A DNA stretch of 64,000 bases from Macrostomum lignano (Eukaryota), in the NCBI GenBank assembly GCA_002269645.1, contig NIVC01001000.1, forward strand, positions 1-64,000. The letters run 5' to 3'. A program made the position numbers and the translations under genes. Shown in pieces: positions 1-16,927 of this stretch. Position 1 is the stretch's first letter; each line of letters begins with the position of its first letter. A model generated the notes under the pieces. The model searched no databases, was not told the origin of the DNA, and saw nothing but the letters and a program-made list of their open reading frames with translations.

Positions 1-78
1 ATTTTTGGCTGTCTTTTTGTTACTTTAGAAAACAGAGATTCTATCCAGATGTCCCCCATCGGGGGGCGAAGATTGCTA

Positions 79-427
79 GTTTTGAACTAACATTCTAACA
101 AGAGACACTGTTTTTGCTTTGTTCAATATCTCGTGATATCAAATAAAGTCGCTCCGTTTAGCTGTTAGCTGTTTGGGCGAAGGGTTTAGACGAAAATGTT
201 TTACAAACTGGATGAACCGTTTTGCGTGAACACAGTTGTCTATGGTATGATCTAAGTTTAGTTCCCATTAAGAAAGCGTTTGTGGACGAAAGGTTTTGCT
301 GTTTGGACGAATTCAATCGCAAAAAGTAAGTCAGTAAACCAGAAACCAGCAATCGAAACGTAAAACATGAAACGTGAAAAAGTAAACCGGTAAACTGGAG
401 AATGAAAAGTTTTGAAGTGATGCAACA
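79..427. repeat. Dispersed copy of the segment at 7803-8144 (transposon-end-like)
   Basis: Near-identical ~345 bp (ttttgaactaacattctaacaagag...gaagtgatgcaac) at both places; contains GTCTATGG at 238-245. Confidence 0.9.
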
Positions 428-915
428 GATCAGAAAAATGATTTATGACCTTTCGCGTAGGATTGACAGAAATTAATGAAAAAATATACATTAGAAAGCT
501 CTTATTAAATAGAAAGTGAAGATAATGAAGAGAAATCACTAATCGCTAATCCAAGGTACTTTTAGGGGTAAGACGCATAGCTGTCAAAGCTGTCATACGC
601 TTGAGTGAACACGAACAATAGGCTCTGACCTCATAAATCTTGATGGCCTGTCAAAATGATGAGAAAAAAGCTACCGCCAGCATCCTCCCAGACCATCTGG
701 CGCCAGCCTCAACACTGAGTGAGGCGCAGGTGGCTGTCAGACAAACTTTGAAAGCGATGATTTACGACCCAAAAAGCTGCGCCTATGTTATTATGACTAC
801 TAGTATGACCAGACATTATATCTAGTATAGATTCTAGGACAATTCGCAGAAAAAGAATAAAAATGCCATTAGCCTGCTGTCAGTAGGCTAGTAAGTTTAG
901 AGCCCATGTGCTAGC

Positions 916-1761
916 GTGGGATTTGGGAAAAAGTGCGTCCTCATCATTAGAATAAAACAACGCGTACTACCATACGTTCGTCCCAGAGTTCGACCGGTAA
1001 AACTACAGGACGAGGTTTTCTACAAGCTGTGTACGCATTTTGGCTTCAGAGGGCGTGAGTGGCTTCGCCAACTGACGAAGGACGCTATTGTCTTCTCCGA
1101 GGAGGCTGGGACTGAGTGTATTGATTTGGTATTGGCTGGTAAAGAGAAGACAACCAACGCTGCTGACCCATGTACAGGAAAGCAGATTAAGATGTACGCC
1201 ACTAATAACCCATTAACTTGTCCTGTTGCTGCCGTGCGCAAGTATATCAGCTTGTTGCCCCCTAGTGTGAGTGATTTGTTTCCAAGACCTCTGTTAAAGT
1301 TCTCCTCGGTACAGTGGTTCAGTGCAACGCAAGTGCTCGGTAAAAACACCCTGAACGACATGATGGCTCGGATTTCTACAAGAGCGAATCTATCACAGAC
1401 CTACACCAATCATTGTCTTCGTGCTACGGTTGTCACGACACTAGCAAACAAGGGCATTTCTGCTGGCGACATTCAATGTGTTACCGTTCACAAGAGGCCA
1501 GAGTCGGTTCAGAGGTACACAAAGCGGATCTCGCCAGGGAAGAAGCGTCAACTGTCCGATGCTCTGACAATGGATTCTTCGCCGCCTGGTCCAATCGTTA
1601 AACGAGTCACGAGCGACGTCCCACTCCAATCGCCTGATTTTAGCGTTGAGCGTGGCGACCCAAAAGTATCTGATACTGACTGCGAACAAAGGGACTTTAA
1701 TGGAGTTCTGCCGACTGCAGTGCTTGAGAAAAATGGATCCCGTGTTCTATTTTTCCTATAA
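916..1761 (+). mobile_element. Crypton-type tyrosine recombinase, N-terminally truncated ORF
   Basis: Motifs LQDEVFYKLCTHFGFRGRE (catalytic R), CPVAAVRKY, FPRP, LGKNTL, YTNHCLRAT (HxxR), VTVHKRPESVQRY (H and Y), KRQLSDAL: the DUF3504/CryptonA-type YR domain. Homology appears to start near 990. Confidence 0.85.
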
Positions 1762-2109
1762 GTGAGTACCTCTGAACGCCATGTACTGTAAAGACGGCGT
1801 GGGTTGCACCACATGACTATATTAAATCGTTACTGTTGTCCTCTTTGTAATGTTGCACTTTTAACGTTTTAAATAAAATCGTTTCAGCTTCGTCTATGGC
1901 CCAGCCCGATATCGGGCAGAGAATGGGCCATTTCTTAAGCAGTTTTGCCCGCAAAATCAAGCAGGAATTACAAAAAATCGCGTAATTTTGCTATACGTAC
2001 GTGTCTATGGCTGCAATTACTGCGATTTCGTCTTTCCTCATAATTAATGCTTCCATAATTAGTTTGAATTTCAAAGATTGACTCTCGCAACAATTGATTA
2101 CTTGTAAGC

Positions 2110-6484
<4,375 letters not shown>

Positions 6485-7350
6485 AGGCAGCTGAGCGAGC
6501 TAAATATGATTGGTTAACTTTTTCGTTTTAAAACGCGGCATTCCAATTCAGATGAATGTATGGTTCACTCAGTGGATTGCATCTACTTGTTCATTTTTCC
6601 CGCTTATACTCGTAGTCGCAACTTGAGTCAAGTTGTATTTGGTAAACTATATTACAAACTGTATTGAAACCAATGTTTTTTCATACATACATGCAAAAAG
6701 TAGCGGACACCAAAAATGCTCGTGTAAACGTTGAATGTTCTACTTTCTTTGTTACCGCTAATTACGCTTACGAGCTAAATGAGGCAAACTTGGCCCATGA
6801 CTCTAAAACAGATTAGGAATTATCAAAAGGGTTTTAAAGAGCTCCAAGACTCATTGAATAGGTTTGATATGCTTACATAAGAGTACGCGATGAAATTTAT
6901 GATTACTATACGTTTTTGCGTTCAATTTGGAGCGACACACGCAGCGGAAACAAGCCAAGCTGAAAGGCATAGTTTGCCATAGACATGTGCAGATAACCAG
7001 CAAGCAACCAATTTGGTCTAAACTGCGTTTTATTTGGGCTATCTAAAGATTCTCCAAAGGTCGACCAAGCTGATTGTGCCATGTCTCAACATTTCTCTTG
7101 CAGGAGCTGTTCTTGTGCAAAACCAAATTGAACGCAGCTATTTCCAAATTGCTTTCTGCTAAGTCTATGGCCAAACCCTAAGTGGCTGACACCACAGAAC
7201 TTACCCAGAATGCTCAATCAGCGAATTTATGAAATTAAACTGCGTAGAGTTAGAGATACGCACAAACTACTAATCCGATGAAGAAGCATAAGTAGCCATA
7301 GACTATTACTCAAACTCAAATGTGTAGCACAAGACCGCCTGAATTATATT

Positions 7351-8047
7351 TTTTTGCGATTGAATTCGTCCAAACTGCAAAACCTTTCGTCCACCAATGC
7401 TTTCTTAATGGGAGCTTAATTTAGATCATACCACAGACAACTGTGTTCACGCAAAACGGTTCATCCAGTTTGTAAACCATTTCGTCCCCTAGACTAGAGA
7501 CCGAGTGTACTGTTCCTACCATAGTTAACATCCAATTGACAGTTCGCTTTTGCTACCACTACAGCTACAGCAACGCATATCTTCCATTCTGAACCCGGCA
7601 AAACAGTCGAAGATGAACCGAGGCCCCTAGCTCTCTAATCGGCAAGCTGCTGCTGCTGCGAACCTGACTCTGCATGCCTGGCGGATGCACATTTTGAAGA
7701 GAGAGGTCGAAGCTGCACTGCACGTGATTACACAGGAGAAGTGCCAGCAATGGACCAATCACACTGTGGGTTACTACGGCCGCTGTTTGGACTACGAAGA
7801 CATTTTGAACTAACATTCTAACAAGAGACACTGTTTTTGCTTTGTTCAATATCTCGTGATATCAAATAAAGTCGCTCCGTTTAGCTGTTAGCTGTTTGGG
7901 CGAAGGGTTTAGACGAAATGTTTTACAAACTGGATGAACCGTTTTGCGTGAACACAGTTGTCTATGGTATGATCTAAGTTTAGTTCCCATTAAGAAAGCG
8001 TTTGTGGACGAAAGGTTTTGCTGTTTGGACGAATTCAATCGCAAAAA
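7351..8047. mobile_element. Foldback/MITE-like element with ~137-bp inverted arms
   Basis: 7351-7487 is the reverse complement of 7912-8047 with few mismatches; ~420 bp spacer. Confidence 0.8.
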
Positions 8048-8149
8048 AGTAAGTCAGTAAACCAGAAACCAGCAATCGAAACGTAAAACATGAAACGTAG
8101 AAACCAGGTAAACTGGAGAATGAAAAGTTTTGAAGTGATGCAACTCAAA

Positions 8150-8620
8150 AAGTTGGATAAAAAGCGGACAAGTGTCAATAAAGCACTGTCATTAGTTGCC
8201 AACCAATGGTGCAGCCGCAGGCGGCAATACAGCGCTGCAAAGCTGATTGCACAACCTACCGAATGGGACTCAATGTGCAGATTGAGGGCGGGCTGAATCG
8301 CTGCAGCAAATTTTCGCTGAAGGTCTTTGCCAACGCCTTTCTGTTGGAAATAGGATTTGTCACTGCCAAGAAAGATTTGCTCCATGATCCTGACGGCAGA
8401 TACCAACTTGTCACTTGGATAAGTCAGACTGGACTCTGCGATGCTCTTCAAATTGATGAAGAGTCTGCAGGAATTATCAGCAGTCTGCGATTCTGACGTG
8501 CATTCGCCGCATGGAGCATCCAAACAAGAAGTCAGATGTCTGCGTAGCAACCAGCCTGCAACATAAGAAAGCTTCTCATCTTCGATTCCATTTCCATTTG
8601 ACTCAAGAAACTCAGAAAAA
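8150..8620 (-). mobile_element. P-element/THAP9-like transposase C-terminal fragment
   Basis: LSYVAGWLLRRH..C..C, LTYPSDKL, CAISFAALYCRLRLHH pattern typical of the P-superfamily C-terminus; no THAP or catalytic core present. Confidence 0.65.
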
Positions 8621-8990
8621 TTAGATTCTGTAAATAATAAACGTTGTTTAATACACATTCTGTGGTTAGAATGTCCGAGGCTGCATTTAATGGTCCCGAG
8701 GAGAGCAAAGCGAGCCGAGGACCATTGATTGCAGCCGGGGATATTTTAACCATAGACTATGGTGAATTAAACGGCGTTTATCATATATGAAATTCGATTG
8801 CTTATTTTTCGGGGGCATCCCATCTGATTGATAGACACATAGGCTTAGGCCATTTTATTCCGACCATAGAAAAATAAAATACGTTTCTCACGAAGATACA
8901 GTCACGAAGCAGCCAGTCAATCAGTGGTGGCAAAATGTAAAAGCCGAATTTAGAGTCGCTTCTTCTTCGAAATAGAATAAAAAATACAAT

Positions 8991-9250
8991 ATGGAAGGCT
9001 TAGAAGACGTCAATTTTGACGCTGCTGTCGGAATTGAGTCGACAACTCGAGTTTCTGCTGAGTCCCTGGACGAAGCTGCTCTAGAAAAAAGAATCAAAGA
9101 AAGTTTGCCTGTCGCTACCAGAGCGAAGGAAAAATGGGCAATGAAGTTTTTTAATCTATGGAAAGAGACGCGCGTCAACCGTCAATTGGCAGGCGAAGAT
9201 TCGGGACTTATGGTTCTCAAGCCAACCGAGGATCTGATGTTCTGCAGAAC
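8991..9250 (+). mobile_element. Crypton-type ORF, N-terminal fragment
   Basis: LEKRIKESLPVATRAKEKWAMKFFNLWKETR matches the T..K.WA...F..W N-terminal motif of CryptonA/KCTD1-like proteins; flanked by CCATAGAC motifs at 8750, 9570, 9706. Confidence 0.6.
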
Positions 9251-9738
9251 GTTTCTGTCTCGTCTGGATCATCAGTCTCGTCTGGTGAATCGTCTGAGCA
9301 AACTCGCGCTGTCTTGGCGTCAGCTGGTGAATCGTCTGAGCAAGTCGGCGCCGATCGAGTCACAGACAGGCGTCGTCTAGGTGTCAAGTCTATTGTCGTT
9401 GTATCGTATCATACAATTAGTTGAGTATGCAAAGTTTTGTTGTCGTGTTAGTTGTTGGTTGCTAAATATGCTGGCTTGTTCACTTCAATTTTTAAATAAT
9501 GCTCCTGATTTCGAGGAGATTATATCATATAATCTCCTAGTTTTTGTCAAATAATCTCTCCAAAAATTACCATAGACAACACATTCTCGGCTCAGAATAG
9601 TACAAATTTTTAACGATTAAATAAGCAATCGTATTTTATATTAGAATTAGAATTGTTTTTTAACTCGGCGCGATCTTAAATTGAACGCAAAATCCTTCAG
9701 AAAAGCCATAGACAATAAAGCGAAGCCAGTGGAAATAT

Positions 9739-11344
9739 ATGGCAGACGGAACTCTTAAATTGAACGCAACCTTTTCTGAACTTGAACGCAAAAGCTATAT
9801 TAGAAAAAAAACTATGTCAAGAGAGCAAGAACTTCCGCTGCACCAGCTGCCCGTGTCAAGAATCCGGGCCCTGCGCAAAGAATGGGGACAGCCGTCTCAA
9901 TTATTGAACTCAACGCATCGCTGGGCTACGATTCTGCTGATAATAATATTTCTTATTTTAGTCGCTTGCTTCTTAACGACCACCACCTGCCTCTACCTGG
10001 ACAGAGGTCTGTTCTGTACGTCCTCTTCGTCGCCATCAGCTGTTGAAGACAGGAGAAAACTGCAATGGTCGGAGTGGACTCAATGCTCCAGCAAAAACTA
10101 CAAGTGCGGAATCGGAGACAGGTTTAGGTGCGTATGGGGGCTGTTGACAAACGAAGACTTTCTCGTTTCCAGAAGACTATTAATATACTCTTACAAGCTG
10201 TTGAACCCCGCGGATTTTGAATCCGCTAAATTCCCCAATGCACGGGAATATTTTTTTAAGCATTCTTAAATCTGAGGTCATACTCAAGCAAAAACTTGTT
10301 AATAGTTAGGATAGAAGTAAAAAAAAATTGGAGTCAATTCGTTAACATTAAAATTTGGGTCCTTTGACAATTCTCTCTTCTCATCTCTCCACTCTGCTCG
10401 CATCTCTCTCTCTCCTCTCTCCTCTCTCCTCTCTCCACTCTGCTCTCATCTCTCTCCTCTCATCTCTCCACTCTGCTCTCATCTCTCTCTCTCCTCTCTC
10501 CTCTCCTCTCTCCACTCTGCTCTTATCTCTTTCTCCTCTCTCATCTCTCTCCTCTCTCCTCTCATCTCTCCACTCTGCTCTTATCTCTTTCTCCTCTCTC
10601 CTCTCCTCTCTCCACTCTGCTCTCATCTCTCTCCTCTCTCCTCTCATCTCTCCACTCTGCTCTTATCTCTCTCCTCTCTCCTCTCTCCTCTCTCTCTCAT
10701 CTGGTCTATACTCTTTATTCTTTCTCTCCTCTCTCCTCTCTCTCTCATCTGGTCTATACTCTTTATTCTTTCTCTCCTCTCTCCTCTCTCTCTCATCTGG
10801 TCTATACTCTTTATTCTTTCTCTCCTCTCCTCTCCCCTTTTTCCTCTCATCTCTCTTCCTTCCTCTTACCCCCTCCCTCTCCTCTCCTCTCTTCCCTCTT
10901 CTCTCTTCTCTCTACTCTTCTCTCTTCCCTCTCCTATCTCCTCTCTCTCCCTTTTCCCCTAACTTGCGTTCTTAGTATTGAAATGGCGTTTAAACTATCT
11001 AAATTGTCTTTTTTAGATTCAGCGATATGAACAGTAAAGACCCTGATCTGATTGGAATACGAACGATCCAGATCGACCACTGCATCGACAGTAACGATTG
11101 CCCACGTGAGAAGAATTCAGCCATCGGGTTTACATTCTACGAGCGTACCTTGCATAGATAAAATAATTTAATTTCAGAACGAGGTTCCTGGGCACAGTGG
11201 ATGGAGTGGTCCAATTGTACATGCGGTCCGTTTGGCCTGCATGTCCGACAGCGAGAGTGTCTCAACACGCAAAATGTAGTCACAGATATCACAAAGTGCG
11301 ACGGCATGTTCCCCGAGGTTAAAAAGTGCAGCAGCAGCTGTTAA
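9739..11344 (+). CDS. Cluster gene g2: type II membrane protein, TM-TSRx2
   Basis: Exons 9739 (or ATG 9814)-10127, 11017-11105, 11178-11344 (TAA); phases 2,1. TM ILLIIIFLILVACF then CLYLDRGLFC; TSRs WSEWTQCSS and WAQWMEWSNCTCG. Confidence 0.8.
10370..10960. repeat. CT-rich low-complexity repeat in g2 intron 1
   Basis: Degenerate (CT)n / ctctcctct units. Confidence 0.9.
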
Positions 11345-11420
11345 AGTAGGTTTGCACATTGCATGTCCACTTAAAGCAAATACATTAAATTGGAGTTGAT
11401 ATTGATCAAAAACTTCCGCC

Positions 11421-13137
11421 CTTTGGTGCTAAAGCCCCTTGGTGCTAAAGCCCCTTGGTGCTAAAGCCCCTTGGTGCTAAAGCCCCTTGGTGCTAAAGCC
11501 CCTTGGTGCTAAAGCCCCTTGGTGCTAAAGCCCCTTGGTGCTAAAGCCCCTTGGTGCTAAAGCCCCTTGGTGCTAAAGCCCCTTGGTGCTAAAGCCCCTT
11601 GGTGCTAAAGCCCCTTGGTGCTAAAGCCCCTTGGTGCTAAAGCCCCTTGGTGCTAAAGCCCCTTGGTGCTAAAGCCCCTTGGTGCTAAAGCCCCTTGGTG
11701 CTAAAGCCCCTTGGTGCTAAAGCCCCTTGGTGCTAAAGCCCCTTGGTGCTAAAGCCCCTTGGTGCTAAAGCCCCTTGGTGCTAAAGCCCCTTGGTGCTAA
11801 AGCCCCTTGGTGCTAAAGCCCCTTGGTGCTAAAGCCCCTTGGTGCTAAAGCCCCTTGGTGCTAAAGCCCCTTGGTGCTAAAGCCCCTTGGTGCTAAAGCC
11901 CCTTGGTGCTAAAGCCCCTTGGTGCTAAAGCCCCTTGGTGCTAAAGCCCCTTGGTGCTAAAGCCCCTTGGTGCTAAAGCCCCTTGGTGCTAAAGCCCCTT
12001 GGTGCTAAAGCCCCTTGGTGCTAAAGCCCCTTGGTGCTAAAGCCCCTTGGTGCTAAAGCCCCTTGGTGCTAAAGCCCCTTGGTGCTAAAGCCCCTTGGTG
12101 CTAAAGCCCCTTGGTGCTAAAGCCCCTTGGTGCTAAAGCCCCTTGGTGCTAAAGCCCCTTGGTGCTAAAGCCCCTTGGTGCTAAAGCCCCTTGGTGCTAA
12201 AGCCCCTTGGTGCTAAAGCCCCTTGGTGCTAAAGCCCCTTGGTGCTAAAGCCCCTTGGTGCTAAAGCCCCTTGGTGCTAAAGCCCCTTGGTGCTAAAGCC
12301 CCTTGGTGCTAAAGCCCCTTGGTGCTAAAGCCCCTTGGTGCTAAAGCCCCTTGGTGCTAAAGCCCCTTGGTGCTAAAGCCCCTTGGTGCTAAAGCCCCTT
12401 GGTGCTAAAGCCCCTTGGTGCTAAAGCCCCTTGGTGCTAAAGCCCCTTGGTGCTAAAGCCCCTTGGTGCTAAAGCCCCTTGGTGCTAAAGCCCCTTGGTG
12501 CTAAAGCCCCTTGGTGCTAAAGCCCCTTGGTGCTAAAGCCCCTTGGTGCTAAAGCCCCTTGGTGCTAAAGCCCCTTGGTGCTAAAGCCCCTTGGTGCTAA
12601 AGCCCCTTGGTGCTAAAGCCCCTTGGTGCTAAAGCCCCTTGGTGCTAAAGCCCCTTGGTGCTAAAGCCCCTTGGTGCTAAAGCCCCTTGGTGCTAAAGCC
12701 CCTTGGTGCTAAAGCCCCTTGGTGCTAAAGCCCCTTGGTGCTAAAGCCCCTTGGTGCTAAAGCCCCTTGGTGCTAAAGCCCCTTGGTGCTAAAGCCCCTT
12801 GGTGCTAAAGCCCCTTGGTGCTAAAGCCCCTTGGTGCTAAAGCCCCTTGGTGCTAAAGCCCCTTGGTGCTAAAGCCCCTTGGTGCTAAAGCCCCTTGGTG
12901 CTAAAGCCCCTTGGTGCTAAAGCCCCTTGGTGCTAAAGCCCCTTGGTGCTAAAGCCCCTTGGTGCTAAAGCCCCTTGGTGCTAAAGCCCCTTGGTGCTAA
13001 AGCCCCTTGGTGCTAAAGCCCCTTGGTGCTAAAGCCCCTTGGTGCTAAAGCCCCTTGGTGCTAAAGCCCCTTGGTGCTAAAGCCCCTTGGTGCTAAAGCC
13101 CCTTGGTGCTAAAGCCCCTTGGTGCTAAAGCCCTTGG
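11421..13137. repeat. 16-bp satellite GGTGCTAAAGCCCCTT (~107 copies)
   Basis: Essentially perfect tandem array. Confidence 0.98.
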
Positions 13138-14767
13138 TAATTTTACATTGCAGCCTCTGCAAGATGGGCCCCCACAACAGAATTGGTCAGCGTGCAGTTC
13201 ATCAAACAAAACACGGCAGATGGTTCAAACAGCGATCTTGAAGTGAGAGCTGCGTCGGATCCCGGGGGAAGAAGTCGGCTTGCTAATTTTTGCCTTAGCT
13301 GACGACGGCTAGCTAGAGTCAGTTAGAGAACCGTACTCTATTAATTATAAATAGCTCGTTTATGTCACCATGTAAACACAGATGAAAATTTATGAAAAAA
13401 AATCCACTATATTTTATATTGAATCTTAAGCATAAAATTGAGGCTATGATGCTTTTTTTAAACTAATATTTTCTTTAATCATCGCCTTCGAGGAAAAAGG
13501 GCTAGAATAAAAAAAATACAGATTGCTATGAGCATAATTAAACTCAAATATTATGACTGTCGTGAAATTTTTTGCGGTAGATATATAGTTCTAACAACGC
13601 GATGGGCATCTTCTTTTCTTCATAAGTTGCAGCTAAAATTGCATGATTATAAGTAAAAGTACGAGTATGAGTACGAGTATGAGGTATGAGAATGAGAATG
13701 AGTATTAGCGTGATGAGTTACATTCATATGATATGATATGGTTATAGTTAAAGAAAGAAACCAGAAGCCAATCCGACAATTGTGGGTGCCAATACTGTGC
13801 GGAGTTAAAAGGCACCCGCCCTGGAACACTTCACGAGAGTGGTCAAGGCTTTCACTCTTGACTAAATGTCAAGGCTCTCAGTCATTAACAGTAGAAATAC
13901 CATGGGGTGTATTTCAAATACACACATTTTTTTTGTCTGGATCTCCAAGAATATTCAACCAATTGCCATGAAAATCCAGAACACGGGCTAAAATTTTCCG
14001 CTCTATTCGATGGAGCAACTTAGAGAATCACGAAAAATCGGCATCGTCGAGAAATTCGACGATTCTCCTCGGGGTGTCTGGTGGCAAAACCACCAACATT
14101 TTTCTGCCCACAAAATCTCATCAAGAAACCACATCGGCTGAACAAACTATGAATATCAGTCGTAGAGGCCTTTGCTCTCCGCATCCCATGCACCAGGGTT
14201 CCCTTCATCAACGTCTGGAGCATCGGCGGCGACCGTCGGGACCTTCAACAAAAGCACCCGATCGGCATCTCAGAGATGGCTGCGTTCCCAAAACTGAAAT
14301 GGAATAATCCTCTTCTGCATGCAGCATTCAGTCAGTAGACATAATCGGTGAATGAAATGGACAATGGCGACCCTCTAGGTTGACCTGTAGACATACAGGC
14401 GACCTTCGGGACCTTCAACGGACCATAAACCATAAGACCATTCACCATAAAGGTTTATACAGTGTAATGTTGGTTGTCCTTGCCACCAGTGTCTTCGACA
14501 AGAATCGTTGAATATCTCTCGTAGGGGATTGAAATAATAGCCAAACACGAGTAGCGCACGAGTGTCTATGGCCATTATCTCAGCCCCTTACCTACTACGC
14601 AACGTCATTGTCTACAAGACACATAGGGGTCATTGTTTCAGCATTGCGTAGTCTGGCGGCCATTATTTCAGCGTGCCGGAAGCGGTCATTATTTCACACT
14701 TTTTTATCACGCTTTAATTGGCTGTTTTGAGAGTTATTTTACCCATGGACGGCTGAGATGTGTTTTA

Positions 14768-15298
14768 GTTTGACCATAGACACACTGTGATGAGTGCTGA
14801 TTTCGTTTGCGTCTTGCAAGAAATCAGGAAAGCGGGTAGTGCTAGGGAAAGCTTATTTGTCTTGTCAAACAACTATGGCTGGTGCATCTCGTCAAACAGC
14901 CTCGCTTATTACTCATAATTGGAAAAATCTGCTTGTCGATGACTGAACGAACCGACCGTGCGACCTATGCTTCAGTGGAGATGACACAGGAGATGCGGGT
15001 GAAGCATGATAAGCATAATATGTCAACATTGTAAGTAAATTTGTGGCTACACTAATGGCTATATACGCTCGTAGAAACTGTGAATTTTTTACTTTGTTCA
15101 TTAATCTGCAGGTCGGATGGATTCGGAACGCGCAGTTCGCTTCTTCGAGAACTGTCACTTCAAGAATTGCAAGTTTCAGTTTTAATGAGCAACTTCTGAT
15201 GAACAGTCTATGAATACTGTGTTGTTTTTGTGCTCAATGTGCGCGTTTTCCATTATAAAAATCAGCCTTTATGATAATGAAAGTGTCTATGGTCAAAC
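14768..15298. mobile_element. Non-autonomous element with 16-bp perfect inverted termini GTTTGACCATAGACAC
   Basis: 14768-14783 is the exact reverse complement of 15283-15298. Confidence 0.65.
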
Positions 15299-15417
15299 CT
15301 GATCCATACCCAATATATTTCTTCATACTTCATCCATGCTTGAAACCTCTGGATAATGCTGTTGACCTCGGGATAACAATGGGTTATTTTTAGAACAGAA
15401 ACGATGCAATTTTTTCT

Positions 15418-16251
15418 TTAAACAACGCGAACAGGAAAGAATAAACGCAATAAAATATGAATGGTGAGAATAAGTCTCCATAAGTACCGCAGAATTGTCA
15501 CAGTACCATTCTCCATTACAGTTGACAATTGTTGAAAGTACAATTTTTTACTATGATGATACTCCGGCCGTTCATCTGCCGATCTCTGGATGCTGATGTC
15601 TGCAGGCATTGTTACATGACCGTGGGTCTGTGCATTTTCCCCCATGTTCAGAGCACGCGACACTGCATCGCTGCATTTTTGCAAGGATTTGTCCTGTTTT
15701 ATCTATAGGTATCGCCGGACGGTGCTCTCGGATTTTTGACCCGTAAAAGCCATGATCTCGCTCATTGAATGCCCTTCCGATTTCAGGTCCAATCGCACAC
15801 TCTGCTAACTCTAGTCTAAAACGGAGCAGGATGCAAGACCAGGGAAATTCAAGTTAATTTCAATCGTACAAACACATCGGAAAAGTCAAATATACTTTCA
15901 TCGACCCACCAACTCACCGGATGCTGATTCGTGTATTCCTTCGACAGCTAGACTTCTTTACTCAGCGCCTTCATTAAGGTCCTTAAGTAAGAGGTAGTTG
16001 ATTCCTCGCTTCTTTCTGCTTCGAACAAAATCTCCTGGTGCCTCCGACAATCCTCGTCAGTATCACCTGCCTCCAAGAAAGTGCAAGATAAAAAAAAGGT
16101 TCAAAAAATCTTCATTGTCCCTCATGTCCTTCCCTGATAAAAAGACTTGCGAGATCCAATTAAGTTCGCTGCTAGTTACGTTGGCTAAGCTTTCGACAGG
16201 CAGATTTGCCCAGTTGATCAAATAAGATTTCTCGTCCTCCACCATGGTCAA
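15418..16251 (-). pseudogene. Degenerate Crypton-type tyrosine recombinase
   Basis: Pieces across frames and stops: FFILHFLGGR, LMKALSKEV*LSKEYTNQ (cf. MMARISTRANLSQTYTNH), EIMAFTGQKSESTVRRY, QKCSDAVSRAL (cf. RQLSDAL). Confidence 0.7.
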
Positions 16252-16927
16252 GCTTATGTAGGTAGCTTATCAATGTTTCCTCTCTATTCTTCTCTTAACC
16301 CACTAAACCCCTGTCTGTTTAATCTTGTCTATGGCTCATCTTTTATGTCTATGGCCATCCACTGAAGTTAGACAATGTGGATTTTCGTAAGTGAGACTTC
16401 AGGACAATCGCCTCATTCTCACTCGTGCACGTCTCATGAATAACCATCCATTGTTTGGTGGCTAAAATGTCTTGACTATCTTTTTTTCTTCTCAATGTAC
16501 CTGTATTCCAGAATGCCATGTAGACCACATGTGATGTAGACTGTTGGCGAAAATTAATATTATGTCAGTCAATAAATGGATAGTTAACTAATCGTCTATG
16601 GTTCAAACGCCTGCTAAAGCTGAAATAATGGCCAGTTGAGTTTGTCATTACGTCAGGCCGTGTCTTATGGACAACGCGGATGACACGATCTAGTTAATTT
16701 ATTTTTAAGAAAGATATAGACGTAACGCTCTTCTCGACGTTGAATTAACAATTAACCATAGACACTTTACGAAATAGAAGACTATTCAGCGCCTTCTGTT
16801 GTCTGACGCGCTAAGTTACGGTTGAAACCACAGAACTTATTTTCTGTGATTGAAACAGACCAGAGTCCACGCTAAGATCAAATACTAAGAACTAATACTA
16901 AATTGGTCTTGCAAATCGCGCTATACA

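Noticed and set aside
916-1761. Phage or bacterial integrase / contamination
   Set aside because: Motifs fit the eukaryotic Crypton/DUF3504 type and the surroundings are spliced animal genes.
13950-14480. Region with short duplicated ggcgacc..gggaccttcaac motifs and small ORFs
   Set aside because: No recognisable domain or element boundary.
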